A stretch of DNA of 63,905 nt, filler included, from Octopus bimaculoides (Eukaryota): the NCBI RefSeq assembly GCF_001194135.2. It is 5 parts of 5 records of this genome, joined end to end, with 100 filler letters (N's around TTAATTAATTAA, not from the genome) between each part and the next. Parts side by side here need not be neighbours in the genome. Positions count along the whole stretch, not along the records: positions 1 to 17,898 come from NC_068996.1; positions 17,999 to 34,730 come from NW_026439905.1; 3 more parts are not named here. The stretch is one strand, 5' to 3'. Positions 11,869 through 25,090 of this stretch are shown here, piece by piece. The notes beneath the pieces were generated by a model. The model worked only from the letters and a program-made list of their open reading frames with translations. It did not search any database and was not told where the DNA came from. Within the stretch, counting starts at the first letter, position 1; each line of letters opens with the position of its first letter. The translations under genes were made by a program, and so were the position numbers.

Positions 11869-13896
11869 TATGAAGATAACTATTTTGGTGGAAAGTGAAA
11901 AAAAAAAAAAAAAGCAAAACTAAACACTTCAAATTTTTGCTGCTTAACTCTACTTCATCCTTAAGTACATCCACAACCCTAACCAATTCAGGGATGAGCA
12001 ATCATTTAGGCATATTCTACCTCAGTCTACATTACCCAATCATTGCTCGCTTAAAGCGTGGTTCGAGGTCGATTTGGTTATTATGTTTAGTTAATGACTA
12101 TCATAAAACCCTTCACACTAGAAGTTCCCTGGAAAATTTGTTTTGCAAATTAGTGTGAGGCAGAGAGGCACTCGTAGTTCACTTTCGTTTCATCTTTGTC
12201 GTGTAGCCTTTGATTAACGGTAAACCAAAAGCATTCATTTCGTAATTTTTCAGACTTTTGATATCAAAGACTACAATACTGAAAGCGTTAACTCAGGTAA
12301 GATATATAGATTTATTGAAAGAACGTGGCTAGACGACAATGGCATAAATGAAGATTTTTTTCTTTTTGAAGTGTGTAATGATGGATAGACAGATCTCTGA
12401 AATTGATAATGAATAAGATGGTGAACCGTAATACATTTGACAGAAGAAAGATAAGTAATAACTCTATACAAAATAGTATCGTTGTTTGTTTGATTCATTC
12501 TATGATAATCATGACAGAACAGACTTATGATTAAAATCATTGAAGCTGTGATCATCGCAGCTCCTTTTCCATATGTAGTGTAACTAAGACAAAATTTCTT
12601 TTATAAGTAGTGAAACAACGACAAAATTTATCTACTGCAGCCATTTTCATTAAACAAAATGTTAGATGCAATACAAATAAGATTTTACACTGATTATAGC
12701 AACAAAAATGACCTTAAAGAGACTCCCTTCTTGCCTCATGCGTATAAGTTACGATAGGATTGTAGGGAACTGACAAAATTAAAGAAGAGTAGAAAATTCA
12801 CTATTCTCAGTAAATATTGATAGAAATATATCTGTATAGGCGGTTTTTCTATCATAAGTTCAGCTATCTGTGAAAGAGTTCAAGTTTTCTGGATTATGGG
12901 TTTTGTTCAAGAAAGGTTTTTTTGTGTTTGAAGGATTTTTTTCTGTTTGCTTCCAAATGTTGAGGTTAGTTACTGAAGATTAAACTAACGATGAATGTTT
13001 TGAAGACAAAAATAATAAATTCATCTGCATTTTTGCTAAGCATGATGGTTGCTAACGTTTGAAACAAGAGCTTCTCAATTGCCATCTCTAATATAATTTT
13101 TCTATCGTGTTTAGCAAATACCTATAAAATCTTTTTGAAAATTTTACTATTATATGAATGAATAAATTATTAGGTTAATATTATATTTCTTTCTTCTCAT
13201 CAAAAAATTATGGAGAAATGCACTGCTTCAAGTACACCTGATATTTTTTTTAAAGTGAAATAAGATTTACCTTCGAAATTTAAATTTGTCAATTCAAATT
13301 ATGGAAGTTCAACTGTCTGTAAGAAAGTAGAACAAAATACTTAATTGTTTTATTTCTGTAGTGGGTTGAACATTCTTCTTCTGAAATGTTGTTTAAACCT
13401 GAGGTTTGACATGGGGTTTAACTTATTCTATATCGAAACAAAGCACTTTTCCGAAATTCCTCACTAGAAGAGTTAAAATAAATATTGGATTACTTTACCA
13501 GATTTACATCCTTACATTCCTAATTATTTATTAATTCTAAGTTGTACAAATATGTATGAATGCAACGAAGACTGTTACTACACATTGGATAATAGCAACA
13601 GAGTTACGTAACCACGAATGATCTGTTTTAGTGTCTAACGAATCTTCAAATGTAAAATATTTATGGACAGTGTTCTAGTAGTTAAAAGGGTTCAAAAGCA
13701 ACAAGTAACATTACGTTTTTAAAATGGAGGCTACAAGCGATGTATGTGGTCGTCTTACAATCTTGTACTCAAATATCCAGTTTTAGCCGGCTTCAAATCA
13801 CATATTTTTTGGATTGTTTAATTGTCTTCTATTTTTGGACTGAGCAATCGTATCAGCTATCCTTGCAAAATTCAGACATGTATCTAAAAGGGTGAT

Positions 13897-15745
13897 TTAG
13901 ATGGCCCACTAACTAAAGAACGGAATGTCCCGTCGGAAAACCTCCAGATCCTTGAAATTTCTTTGCCCTAAGCTTTACTTTCGTTTGCCAGACTTATTTG
14001 GCGGCCTTTTAGCAGACATCTACTGCAGCTGGCAGCAGAACGGGAAAATTTCCAATTCTGTAATTCAAGTAGCGGTGGCGCTGCTGAGAAAGGACTCTAA
14101 CAAGGTGAATGAAAGAGAAGCTTTTTGGCCCATAATGCTGCTGAACACAGACTTTAAAATTTTGGCCAACATGTTAGCAAAGAGATTGGTGCTTGTCGAA
14201 GAACTTAATGATGATTCGCACACATGGGCAATCCAAAACCGATCCATCCACGATAACCTCAACTTCATGCAATACATTATAGACAGGGTATGTAAAGAAG
14301 CTGGCATGGGTTGTGCTCTGTGTCGAACACCAAGCACATAGATCTGGTGGGTACTGCTGTAAAAGAACACCAGGCGATGACAGGAATAAAAACTAACCAA
14401 GAAATGTCAGTGGGCCTCTAGTTCGGCATCTGGAGAGGCAGGCCCATGCCATTAACAACGTTGTGGGACGCTGAACGGAGGGACCGGTAAATGTGTTCGC
14501 TGTCTGATTTGGTCCAGATCTTCAGGTGGGGAAGAACTGAGACGAGATGACGAAAGGGATTGCCAATCTTACCCGGAAATGGAACAAGAGAAAGCTATCC
14601 CTGAAAGGTCGGACAGGAGTGGCGGATACCGACATCACCACCGTCATATATTATTACCTGATAGTCGTGTCTTGTTCCAATTTATATCTAACCAAACTGG
14701 AGAGCATACAATTCCTCTTTCTGAGGAAGGGACGCGTTCCACCGGCCAGATGTTTGGTTTGTTGTCAACACCCACTGAATTGAGAGCTAGGCATGCAACG
14801 ACTACTAATGCACAGACAATGAGCAATTGTCATGGAAGTTGTCAGACTGGATTTTCCACTACTCGTCCTTTTCTCTGAGCTGCAGCCCTGAGTCAAGTGT
14901 AAAAAGAGGCAGGGTGCCTGGCACGTAGAGTTTCGCAATCTTTTCTTTATTGGGCAATGCAGTCGTTGGGTTAATGGGGAGCAAGTGAGATGGAGGTCTC
15001 AGGGTGACTATGAGCATCGACGAGAGTCAACTGACTGGTCTGTTCCGGAGGTTTTCCGGGTCGAGGCCTAAGGATAATTTAACGAAATCTTTGGCCTACC
15101 AAGGGTTTTTCTACAGGCATGGAAGTGTTGTCATCCGGGCTTGCCCGACATGCGCGCAGGATGATGAGACTTCTACATGCCCTTACCCACTGCCCGAACA
15201 TTACTGACTTGTGGTTTATGCGGAACACCTGCTGTCGCTTGTAGAACGGATCTGATTATCGGCTGAGATCATCGTGAAGATCGTCCTGCCACCTATCTTT
15301 GACCGGGAATACCAGACAGTATTTCTTTGCCTAATGGCCTTAGCGAAAGAGGTTGTGTGGTGGACCAGATTTAAAAGTTTGAAGACAAACACTTTCTTCT
15401 TTAGCCAAGCGCTCATCAACTATTTCAAATTTCACTTGAAAATGAAATTAAGTGTGTTCAGAGAAGTGCTATCAAAAGATAAGTGAATGTAACGCGAATG
15501 GCCCGAATGAACAGGCCGACTCTAAACAATTATCTCTAGATCGATAGTAGGTGAAGGAGAGAGGGCACATACCCCAGTGGTCACGGTGACCGTATTTTTA
15601 TTTGCGAGGTTTCCACTAGTTACCCTTGAAAGCTGTTAGAATTCTAACTGTTATTCTTCATTAATATGTTTCAAATACCACTCTATGTACCACTCCTGTA
15701 CCGTCCCCAATCATTTTATATGAACCTACAGTTATTAATAAAGAA
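13897..15745 (+). mobile_element. L1/Tx1-clade LINE, internally deleted degenerate copy
   Basis: RLPDLFGGLLADIY...WPIMLLNTDFKILANMLAKRL...SIHDNLNFMQYIIDRVCKEAGMG matches the start of the 1-381 copy. C-terminal CPTCAQDDET. 3' end aataaagaaaagattatt. Confidence 0.8.
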
Positions 15746-15764
15746 AAGATTATTATGAATAACT

Positions 15765-16488
15765 TCCAGATATCCCTAGCCTGGCAGTGCTGCCGGGGAT
15801 GGGGGCCCTGCCAGTTCGCGATAAACTCTACAGGTACGGGCTTGTCCGAGATGCACGTGGAGGGATGAAAACGTTCTGCATGCTTTCGTACAGTGTCCGC
15901 GCATTGCTAACTTCTGGAGCTTCGGCGAACAGTTATTGTCACGTCTAGGATGGATCCGAGTCTATTGTCTATCGTCTGAGTTTATTGTGAAGATCACTCT
16001 GCCCTCTTTCTTTGGCTGCGCTATAGCAAAAGAAGTTGTATAGTGGACGCGATTGAAAGGGTTGAAGACAGGTACCTTCCCCTTTGGCCAAGGGCTCATT
16101 GACTTTTTCAGTTTCCACTTGCAAAGTAAAGTGATGCAGGAGAGGGAGGAGCTGTCACCCGGTTAGTTCGTTGAAAGGTGGGTGAATGTGGCAAGAAGGG
16201 CCAGCATGAATGGGCTTACTTTAAGTGTGCTCCTGTTGGCCAGATGGAAGGGAGAGGAAAGGGTGCTTTCCTGTGCAACCTTTGTGTTAAGAGGTCCAAA
16301 GTGCGTGGAGTCTCTTTGGTCATCTTACAGTGAAACTCACTCTGTGGGGGAAACATATTGAGGATTTAATCTCTTTGTTAATGGTACAGTTTGCTGTTTA
16401 ATGTTTAACCTCACTGTCCCATGTTTGTGTATCATCCTCTAAGTTTTATGTTAGGCCCTGGTGGCCAATAAAGAAAGTATTATTATTA
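15765..16488 (+). mobile_element. L1/Tx1-clade LINE, second 3'-end copy in tandem
   Basis: CPRCTWRDENVLHAFVQCPRI (CCHC-type motif). ORF end and 3' tail ggtggccaataaagaaagtattatt parallel the preceding copy. Confidence 0.7.
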
Positions 16489-16862
<374 letters not shown>

Positions 16863-17875
16863 TATGTTGTTATTTTTCTTCTTCCTTCAAATTTTCTTCC
16901 ATTTCTAGCCGAGTGTTTTCCGTACACCTAGGGCAGAGAAACTCGTTGTATGCATTCCCAATTTACACACGCAAATTCACAGGTAAGACATGTATTTAAG
17001 AAAAAAAAAAATTCATGAATGGATGTTGTTTTCACAGCGATAATGCTCTTCTCAGTACATGAGTCGTTCCTGTTAGCACGATTTTTTGCACTTCCTGTAG
17101 GGCTGGTAAACCTGGTATCATTTTCAAATAGGTTTCAGTACCATTTTTATTATTCCTAGAGATCCTACAATCATTGGTATGGTAGTCACCTTGAGGTGCC
17201 ACATTTTTTCAATTTCTATTAGCAAGTCTTTATATTTACTGACCTTGTCAAATTCTTTCACCGCTATATTATGATCGCAGGGAATACTCATGTCAATTAA
17301 TAAACACGTCCTCTTTGTCTGATCTTTTATAATAATATCCGGTTATTAGCTTTAATAGTCTTGTCGGTATATACGGGGAAGTCCCAGAGAATCGATACAT
17401 TTTCTCCCTCAGTCACAGCTTCAGGATGGTGTTTATACCATTTGTCAGCGGTTTTGATTTTATAATGCTGACATTGTCCAGTGTAAATACTGGCCAAATC
17501 TGTCATGTCTTGCTTTATATTCTACAGGTGCTAAGACTCTATACCCTGAGATTAGGTGGTCTATAGTTTCAATCGCATCGTTACAAAATCGGCATTTGGG
17601 GTCAGCTCCATTTTTAATCACATTGGCTTGGTAGTTCCGGGTTAATAAGCTTTCGTCTTGAGCAGCCAATATGAAACCTTCACGCTCTGCTTTTAGCCCT
17701 GAACTTCGTAACCACTGATGCGTGCGTTTCTGGTCGACATAAGCTTGTTTCCTACGAACCACATACTTGCCATGCAGAGGTTTCTGTTCCCATCTGCTAG
17801 CTAATTTTTCGTGTGCTTTTGTCTTTGCAATTAATTTTATTTTCTTTGCAGCAGCAGTTGGCGCATTTCCTTCTA
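16863..17875 (-). mobile_element. R4/Dong-like element, C-terminal half (Zn knuckle, REL endonuclease, 3' UTR), 5'-truncated
   Basis: WEQKPLHGKY...EGFILAAQD...CRFCNDAIETIDHLISG...RHD, then PDIIIKDQTKRTCLLIDMSIP...KVSKYKDL...IVGSLG. TAA repeats lie on both sides. Confidence 0.88.
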
Positions 17876-17898
17876 TTATTATTATCATTATTTACATT

Positions 17899-17998
17899 NN
17901 NNNNNNNNNNNNNNNNNNNNNNNNNNNNNNNNNNNNNNNNNNTTAATTAATTAANNNNNNNNNNNNNNNNNNNNNNNNNNNNNNNNNNNNNNNNNNNN
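17899..17998. other. Assembly gap placeholder (N44-TTAATTAATTAA-N44); also around 34775, 55859 and 57764
   Basis: An identical 12-mer sits in the middle of ~100-nt N blocks four times. Confidence 0.9.
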
Positions 17999-19958
17999 TA
18001 TATATATATGGAGTACCGACAATTCAGTGCATAGACAATTCAGCGCATGTAATATACTCAGTTTTCTGAAGATATTCTCAACAAAATTCAATTGAAAGTA
18101 GAAGACTAATTGATTGCTTATAAAACGTGAAAAATTTGAGGGGTCATATCTAAAACCTTGCCTAGCGTTTCTCATCCAACTTTAAAAAATAAGCGGTATT
18201 GTTCAATTTCTGAGATAAAATTGATTTGCAAAGAACATACCTTATATTATTTTATTGTACCTTGTGTTATTTCACCCCACCGAGTTTCAACTCTTTTTGT
18301 GTCAGTTTTTGAGGGAAGAGAGACTTCCCTAAGCATTTTTGCATCTTTATTAAGTAGCAGTTTCTGTTTGCCTGTCCATCGGGTAATTAAAACTTACATT
18401 TATATTTTCATTTGAAACCAATGTTACTTATCTCATAGTTCTTACCACTAAGCCAGGGAAAAGCGAAATAAAATGCGTAAAGAAACAGTCGTCAAATGCA
18501 AAAGCCAAAGAACAGTTTATTACTTAAATATCATTTGCAATATTCACTTTGGAGATAAAACAGCGTTCAGTCTGACGTATAGGTGTCAATAAGAGGTATG
18601 TACTATGGAAGAGTACATTGTGCTTATCCTAATGTGAAAGTGTTTGAGTGTCAAAAGTTTAAGGTTAATTATGATGTCCGATTCCATTGGAAGTTGTATA
18701 TATTGTGGGCTGAACAGCTTTCCTTCATTTTATTGGTCTCATGACAATTTTGAAAAGGTTCACTGTGTTAAGAATGCAGGAATACATGATTAGGGATGGA
18801 CAATACAGCGGTAATGTTGAATTAGCTGCCATTGTAATTCAAGTTCATTACAAAAATGACGATGAAATTATTCTTCCACTCTTCACCATTTGCGGTCGAA
18901 CAGTTACAGAAAGGAAGATTTCAGTGTTATATAGTGGCGAAATTTACAACGGCCAATACGATGCTCTCTTTCCCATAAACAATCATGGGCATGAAAGAAC
19001 TGTAGAGGGAAATGAAATATCACAAGACAATAAAAAAGATAAAAGAATGAGAATTCAAACACTCAATATGAAAATTGTAGAAGAAAGTAATAACCATCGG
19101 AAAGTTAGGTTGCAAAAAATTAGGAAATATGAGAGGAGGACAAGAGAACAAGGTGATAAAGATAGGGAAATAAGATTGCAGAGAAAGAACGAAAATTGTA
19201 GAAATAAAAAAATACAAGAAAATAAAAAAAAACAAAGAAATACGATTGCAAAAAAGGAGAGAAAAAGGTAGAATAAATAGAAAACAAGAATGTGAAAACG
19301 ACCGAAAAATACGACTAAAAAGGAGAAAGCTTTCCAGAGAAAACCAGCAGAAAAAGTATAGACGATTTCAATGGCAAGGTGTAGCATTTAATTATGACCC
19401 TAATCGTAATTATGCATCTGAAAAATTGTCTCCCTGAGCTCTATGTGCAAAACATGTGAAAGGTGTGGTGCTAGGAAGTGGGACAAGGTATCATTAGGTA
19501 TGTGTTGTTCTAAAGGTAAAGTCCATTTACAAATACCTGAGCCTCCAGGACTTATAAAATATCTTATTTTGGGTACCACTTCAGAATCAAAACACTTTCT
19601 TAAAAATATTCGAGCATACAATTGTGCTTTTCAAATGACATCATTTGGAGCAAGAATTATTAGAGTAAATGGGTTTATGCCGACTTTTATATTGCAAGGA
19701 CAAATTTATCACAGAATTGGCCCTCGTATGCCTTTACAAAATAAAGATTCACAATTTTTACAAATATATTTTATTGGTGACATTCAAAAGGAAGCACAGT
19801 GTCGCAACAAGGGTCTACAAAGTGTTCTTAGTCCGAAATTTCATTGAGTGTTTTTGTTTTCTTTAAAAATATTTACTATAAGTTAGATAAAGAGCTTTGC
19901 GATGTTACTGTTAATTCTCTGAGTCATTAAAACGGGCAACGCCGGGTACTTCAGCTAG
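17999..19958 (+). mobile_element. Helitron 1: internally deleted; N-terminal RepHel remnants then 3' terminus (5' end lost in the gap)
   Basis: 19443-19847 CERCGARKW...MCCSKGKVHL...HFLKNIRAYNCAFQMTSFGA...TFILQGQIYHRIG is the typical Helitron pre-Rep zinc-binding region. The 3' end reads cgggcaacgccgggtacttcagCTAG. Confidence 0.85.
18671..19271 (+). pseudogene. OTU-like cysteine protease remnant plus charged coiled-coil, upstream of the Helitron Zn region
   Basis: EYMIRDGQYSGNVELAAI and LYSGEIYNGQYDAL resemble the OTU WG..EL.A and HYD motifs. A candidate Cys motif (GSCIYCG) lies in another frame. Confidence 0.45.
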
Positions 19959-19973
19959 TCTATATCTATAAAA

Positions 19974-20032
<59 letters not shown>

Positions 20033-20364
20033 CGCGCGCATGTTCCTTATGCATTCCAAAACCGAGTTGCCGATTTTGACGTATGGTGTATCAAAAGGTT
20101 CAGTAAACTTTCGGCTACTAACTAAACTATATTATCATTCACATATTTGCATTACAAAAATTTAACATTGTAATTTTTCTTTTAGTCACCTATCGTAATC
20201 GACATTTTATACCAGCACTACAACGATGATGACGTCACATTTTGTAAATATAAGAGATTTCGCGCGTTCGTCACGTACGTTAGGTTGATGACTGACAAGT
20301 ATATGTGTGTGACGGTGTATGTGTCTGTCAGTATACATACATTTGTGACGACTAACGCACACAC

Positions 20365-20410
<46 letters not shown>

Positions 20411-20761
20411 CTAAAGACAGAGGCAGACAGACACAAGGACAGAGATAGGCTTGTCTGTATCTATAAAAGAATTTCTATGTGTGTTTGTGTGCGTATCTTT
20501 CTTATGCATTCCAAAACCGAGTTACCGATTTTGACGTATGAGGTATCAAAAAGATTCAGTACTATTTCCACTACCAACTAAACTTTATTTTCATTCACAT
20601 GTTTGCATTACAAAAAATTTAACATTATAATCTTTTCCATAAGTCAACTATCGTAAACATTTTATACGACGACGATGGCGTCACATTTTCTATGTGAGTG
20701 TGTACCTTAAAAGACATCCATCATCACGACACACCTTCACTCACTCACTCTATCTCTCTCC

Positions 20762-20807
<46 letters not shown>

Positions 20808-20900
20808 CTCTCTCTCTCTCTCTCTCTCGCACACACACACACACATCCATTTCATATACACGTACATAGATCTTTCACTTTCTCATCTCCTTCACTTTCT

Positions 20901-20940
<40 letters not shown>

Positions 20941-23876
20941 TCCTTTTCGCTTTCTCTTTTCTTTCAATTTCTGCTCTCTTCAAAGCATAAACAAATAAAT
21001 TTTAACGGAATGAGCGAAAGAAGCGCAAAATGAGAAAAAGACAGAAAGACAAGAGAAAGAAACAGAAACAGAAAACAAGTTTCTATAGAAGTTGAAAGAC
21101 AGGGATAGCGAGTGAGAGAGAAATACTGATGTTTCATACCCTATGTATGTTCTAGGGCTGAAGGTGAAAAAAAAAAGCTGGCAGAAAGTTGATACTGTAT
21201 GTATGTTCTATAGGTGAAGGTAAAAGAAAGCCGGCACAGAGAGAAGGGGAAAGCGGAAGAGAAGACGCTGCGAACCCCGGAAACGAGATCGGGTCGCACA
21301 ATTTTCAGGTCATTTTCACTTTCGTCCCATGTTTCATGCATGGGTAGAACTAAGCATTATCTCGCTCTTTCAATTCCTTATTATAATGTACGGAGACCTT
21401 ATGTTGTCAACATGTTATAACTTCACTACATTTCCTTCTTTTGGAATTAAGAAAGATATGCAAAAATGACTTCCTTTGGCACACACACACACAGTTAAAC
21501 TTCTGTACGAATTATGTTATTTTTGCTGTGTGCTAAATAACGGCTCAAATCCTATGGAAATTACCTTTTCTTATTCTATCATTCCTGTTTGTGATGAGCG
21601 TATTTCAAAGTCTGATCTTTCATTTAAACTTACAAAAAAGTTATCTCAGAAATCCCGTCCTTTACCTTGTTTCTAGCATATCCGAGATGACATTTGTGTA
21701 TCCCTCCCCCTATTTCTTTCCTCAATTTACTCACATTCCTATGTTTTCAATACAGGAGATATGCATTTCGTCAGAAAGCGAGTAGCTAATGGGTGGCCGA
21801 GGTGGTGAAGGGGCATTCAGTATTTCTTTCAGAAAAATTAAACTTTCGAAAAGAAATTATATTTCCCACATTCATAATTTCTGTATTTTACCACGTGAAT
21901 AAAAACAAAATTTGGGAAACAGTTGAAAATTAAGAAATTTCGGTGGGGTGGGGGGAAATTATAATTTTGCAAACGTGATTTCTGGGTAAAATCATATTAA
22001 CCCCTTTTTATATTCGATGAAACTGAACATAGTTTGTGATCCTTCTTAAGAACACAAATCACTTTCATGCAAGAACACAAATCACTTTCTGGACAAAGAA
22101 TAACTTCTATTACACCAGTAATCCACTCCACTATATATCAGCTAACAGAATGTATTACGCTTATCAAGACAGAACATAGCCAAATCATTCACAGTTTACC
22201 ACTTCTCATAATAACGGTATACAAATTGAAATATGAATTTTTCCATATCTCTTCATTCGTTACAAAAAAATGAAATTATACAATGCCCAACTTCAAATTG
22301 CTTATGTCTTCCATCTTATATGTTCCTTAATCGTTCACTCTTTTCAGCCATGCTACCAAAACGAAAACATTCTAATTTAACTCTACAAACAAGGGCCGCA
22401 AAGAAAACTGCCTCTATTCGTGCTCAAGAAAACTCACTTCAGCGATGCCCAAATGTGCAATATTTCAAAACGATCACCGACAGTGGAAGTTCTGCTCCAA
22501 ACTACACTTATTGTCTGGGATGAATGCACGATGGCACACCGTTGTGCACTAGAAACCCTAGATAAGTCACTAAAGGATATTAGAAACAATACTGCTATTA
22601 TCATGGGTTTAACTGCTGTCCTCGCAGGGGATTTCCGTTAAATATTACTAGTCATACCACGGAGTAAGCGAGCTGACGAGATCTGTGCGTATCTGAAGTC
22701 TTCACCTCTGTGGAGGTTTGTTCGTCAGCTTTCATTATGCAAGAATACACGAGCTCATTTCTACAACGACCCCTTAGCTGAGGAATTCTCTCATCAACTT
22801 CTACAAATTGGAAATGGCGCCTTACGTTGAATTGCACCCTGCAACAGCATGTACTGCAATGTGGGCACATGGTGTCTACATTGACTGAGCTTAAAGAAAA
22901 ATTATTTCCTATATTGCAAGACCACTTCAAAAACATAGCATGGTTCGCAGAGAAAGATATTCTAGCACTTCGGAATGAAAGCGTTGACAAAGTAAACCTT
23001 GAACTCCTCCACATTCTACCTGGAGATGTTTCAGCGTTTATCTCCATTGATACTACCATCGACGAACATGCCACTGTTGACTTTCCAGTTGAATTTCTCA
23101 ACTCTCTACAACCCACAGGACTGCCACCTCATAAGTCGTTCCTAAAGAAAGGTGCACCTATAATGCTCTTGTGGAATTTAGACCCATCACGACTATAACT
23201 ACAATGAGAAGTAATGTCCTAGAAGCAACAATTATTGCCGGCTGCCATCGAGGAGAGATCGCATACATTCCACGCACGCCCTTTACTCCTTTAAACGTGC
23301 CATTTCAATTCAAGCGCTTCTAGTTCCCAGTGCGATTGTGCTTAGCTATGACGATCAACAAAACCTAAGGTCAAACTTTAAAAATTGTGGGTCTCAATTT
23401 ACAAAGACTCTGTTTTTCTCATGGACAACTATATATCGCATGCTCTCGATTTAGCAGTGCAGATGACCTGTATATTTATTCTACCGACTTACGCAAAACA
23501 TCGTTTACCATCGGCTTCACTTAACATATGCTGAGGTGTGCAGTCTGCCCAAACATTACAGAGATGGTGTTTTTCACAGTGTAGCAGCTTTCTTTCCATG
23601 TACCTAATTTTCTGCAATACGGATACCTCTACGTCTTCATACGTCATCCAATTCTTAAAATCCGTAACTCTAGGTCATTTGGGGAGCAATGTTAGGATTT
23701 CATTCTAATCTAAGCTGCCATTCTACATGTCTTTGGTGTCAACAATTTCAGCATTGTTCATCACAAAATTACCGAAAAACATGTTTATAAAGAAGAGTTG
23801 TTCGCTTCACACTCCTCGAATAAGACAATGTGGCTGTAGGTCATAACACACGGGCAACGCCGGGATGCATTGCTAG
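19959..23876 (+). mobile_element. Helitron 2: complete termini, large internal deletion, PIF1 helicase remnant
   Basis: 5' TCTATATCTATAAAAATG. Helicase motifs LIVWDECTMAH, VLAGDFR*IL, FPVEFLNSLQPTGLPPH.L.LKKGAPIMLL.NLD, QFPVRLCLAMTINK..GQTL and FSHGQLYIACSR. 3' end cgggcaacgccgggatgcattgCTAG|T. Confidence 0.9.
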
Positions 23877-24592
23877 TTAAATATATATTAGCAATAACTA
23901 TCAAAAAAATAAAATAATTAATTAATCCTTTCATTTGATTTCTTGTATAGGCACAGGGTCATCTCTATTTTCATATTGATATTATTTTTGCATTTTCATA
24001 TCGTACTATCTTATTCTAACCCCTCTAGTTCCATATGAGGATTTTTCCATTATAAGGGAGAAAGAGATGTGATTAAGTGTTTTATAACCTATCTTATTTC
24101 TTAGATTTTCTTTCCAATATATTTTCTTGTGGAAATTTTCCATTGATTCATTATTAAAATTTCATGCGTTTTAATCCCAAATTCGAAGTATGTTAGTATA
24201 ATATACTCTGCAAGCAGCTTCAAGTCACTCAACAGTAAATGTTCATTTTTTAACCGCCTACCATGTATTACATAACCGCATCGTAATACTTTTGGCAGTT
24301 ATGCTCGTGGTATCACGTATATCTCATAAAAGCAAAATACGTCTCTCGGAAAATAATAATATAGCTTGAATGATAGCATTGAAAGAAACTCATTCAATAA
24401 TATGCATATATTTCTTGATACCAAAATACACGCTTGATAGATAAACACATACTTGGCTCTATTCATACCAAAAATCGTTGTTTTGTTTTATCACTCTAGA
24501 TAACTATATAAAAATATTCCATGAGCCAAAACTAGGATATCATAACACAGAGTATCAAATAGTATAAGTATCAAATAGTATATGTTATTTGA

Positions 24593-24988
24593 TACTCTTT
24601 TTACTCTTTTACTTGTTTCAGTCATTTGACTGCGGCCATGCTGGATCACCGCCTTTAGTCGAGAAAATCGACCCCAGGACTTATTCTTTGTAAGCCTAGT
24701 ACTTATTCTATTGGTCTCTTTTGCAGAGCCGCTAAGTTACGGGGAAGTAAACACACCAGCATCGGTTGTCAAGCGATGGTAGGGAGACAAACACAGACAC
24801 ACATACATATATATATACATATATACGACGGGCTTCTTTCAGTTTCCGTCTACCAAATCCACTCACAAGGCTTTGGTCGGCTCGTGGCTATAGTAGAAGA
24901 CACTTGCCCAAGGTGCCACGCAGTGGGACTGAACCCGGAACCATGTGGTTGATAAGCAAGCAACTTACCACACAGTCACTCCTGCGCT
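24593..24988 (-). mobile_element. SINE family A, full-length
   Basis: Reverse complement of the head gcgcaggagtgactgtgtggtaag...ggttccgggttcagtcccactgcgtggcaccttgggcaag, through to the tail. Confidence 0.9.
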
Positions 24989-24991
24989 ATA

Positions 24992-25090
<99 letters not shown>

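Noticed and set aside
12280-13500. Faint piggyBac-like peptide patches (FYDNHDR, VNIDRNI, VQVFWIM)
   Set aside because: Too degenerate, and no TIR or TTAA ends found.
17943-17954. TTAATTAATTAA islands inside N runs (also 34775-34786, 55859-55870, 57764-57775)
   Set aside because: Identical, centred in fixed ~100-nt N blocks. This is an assembler gap placeholder, not a biological motif.
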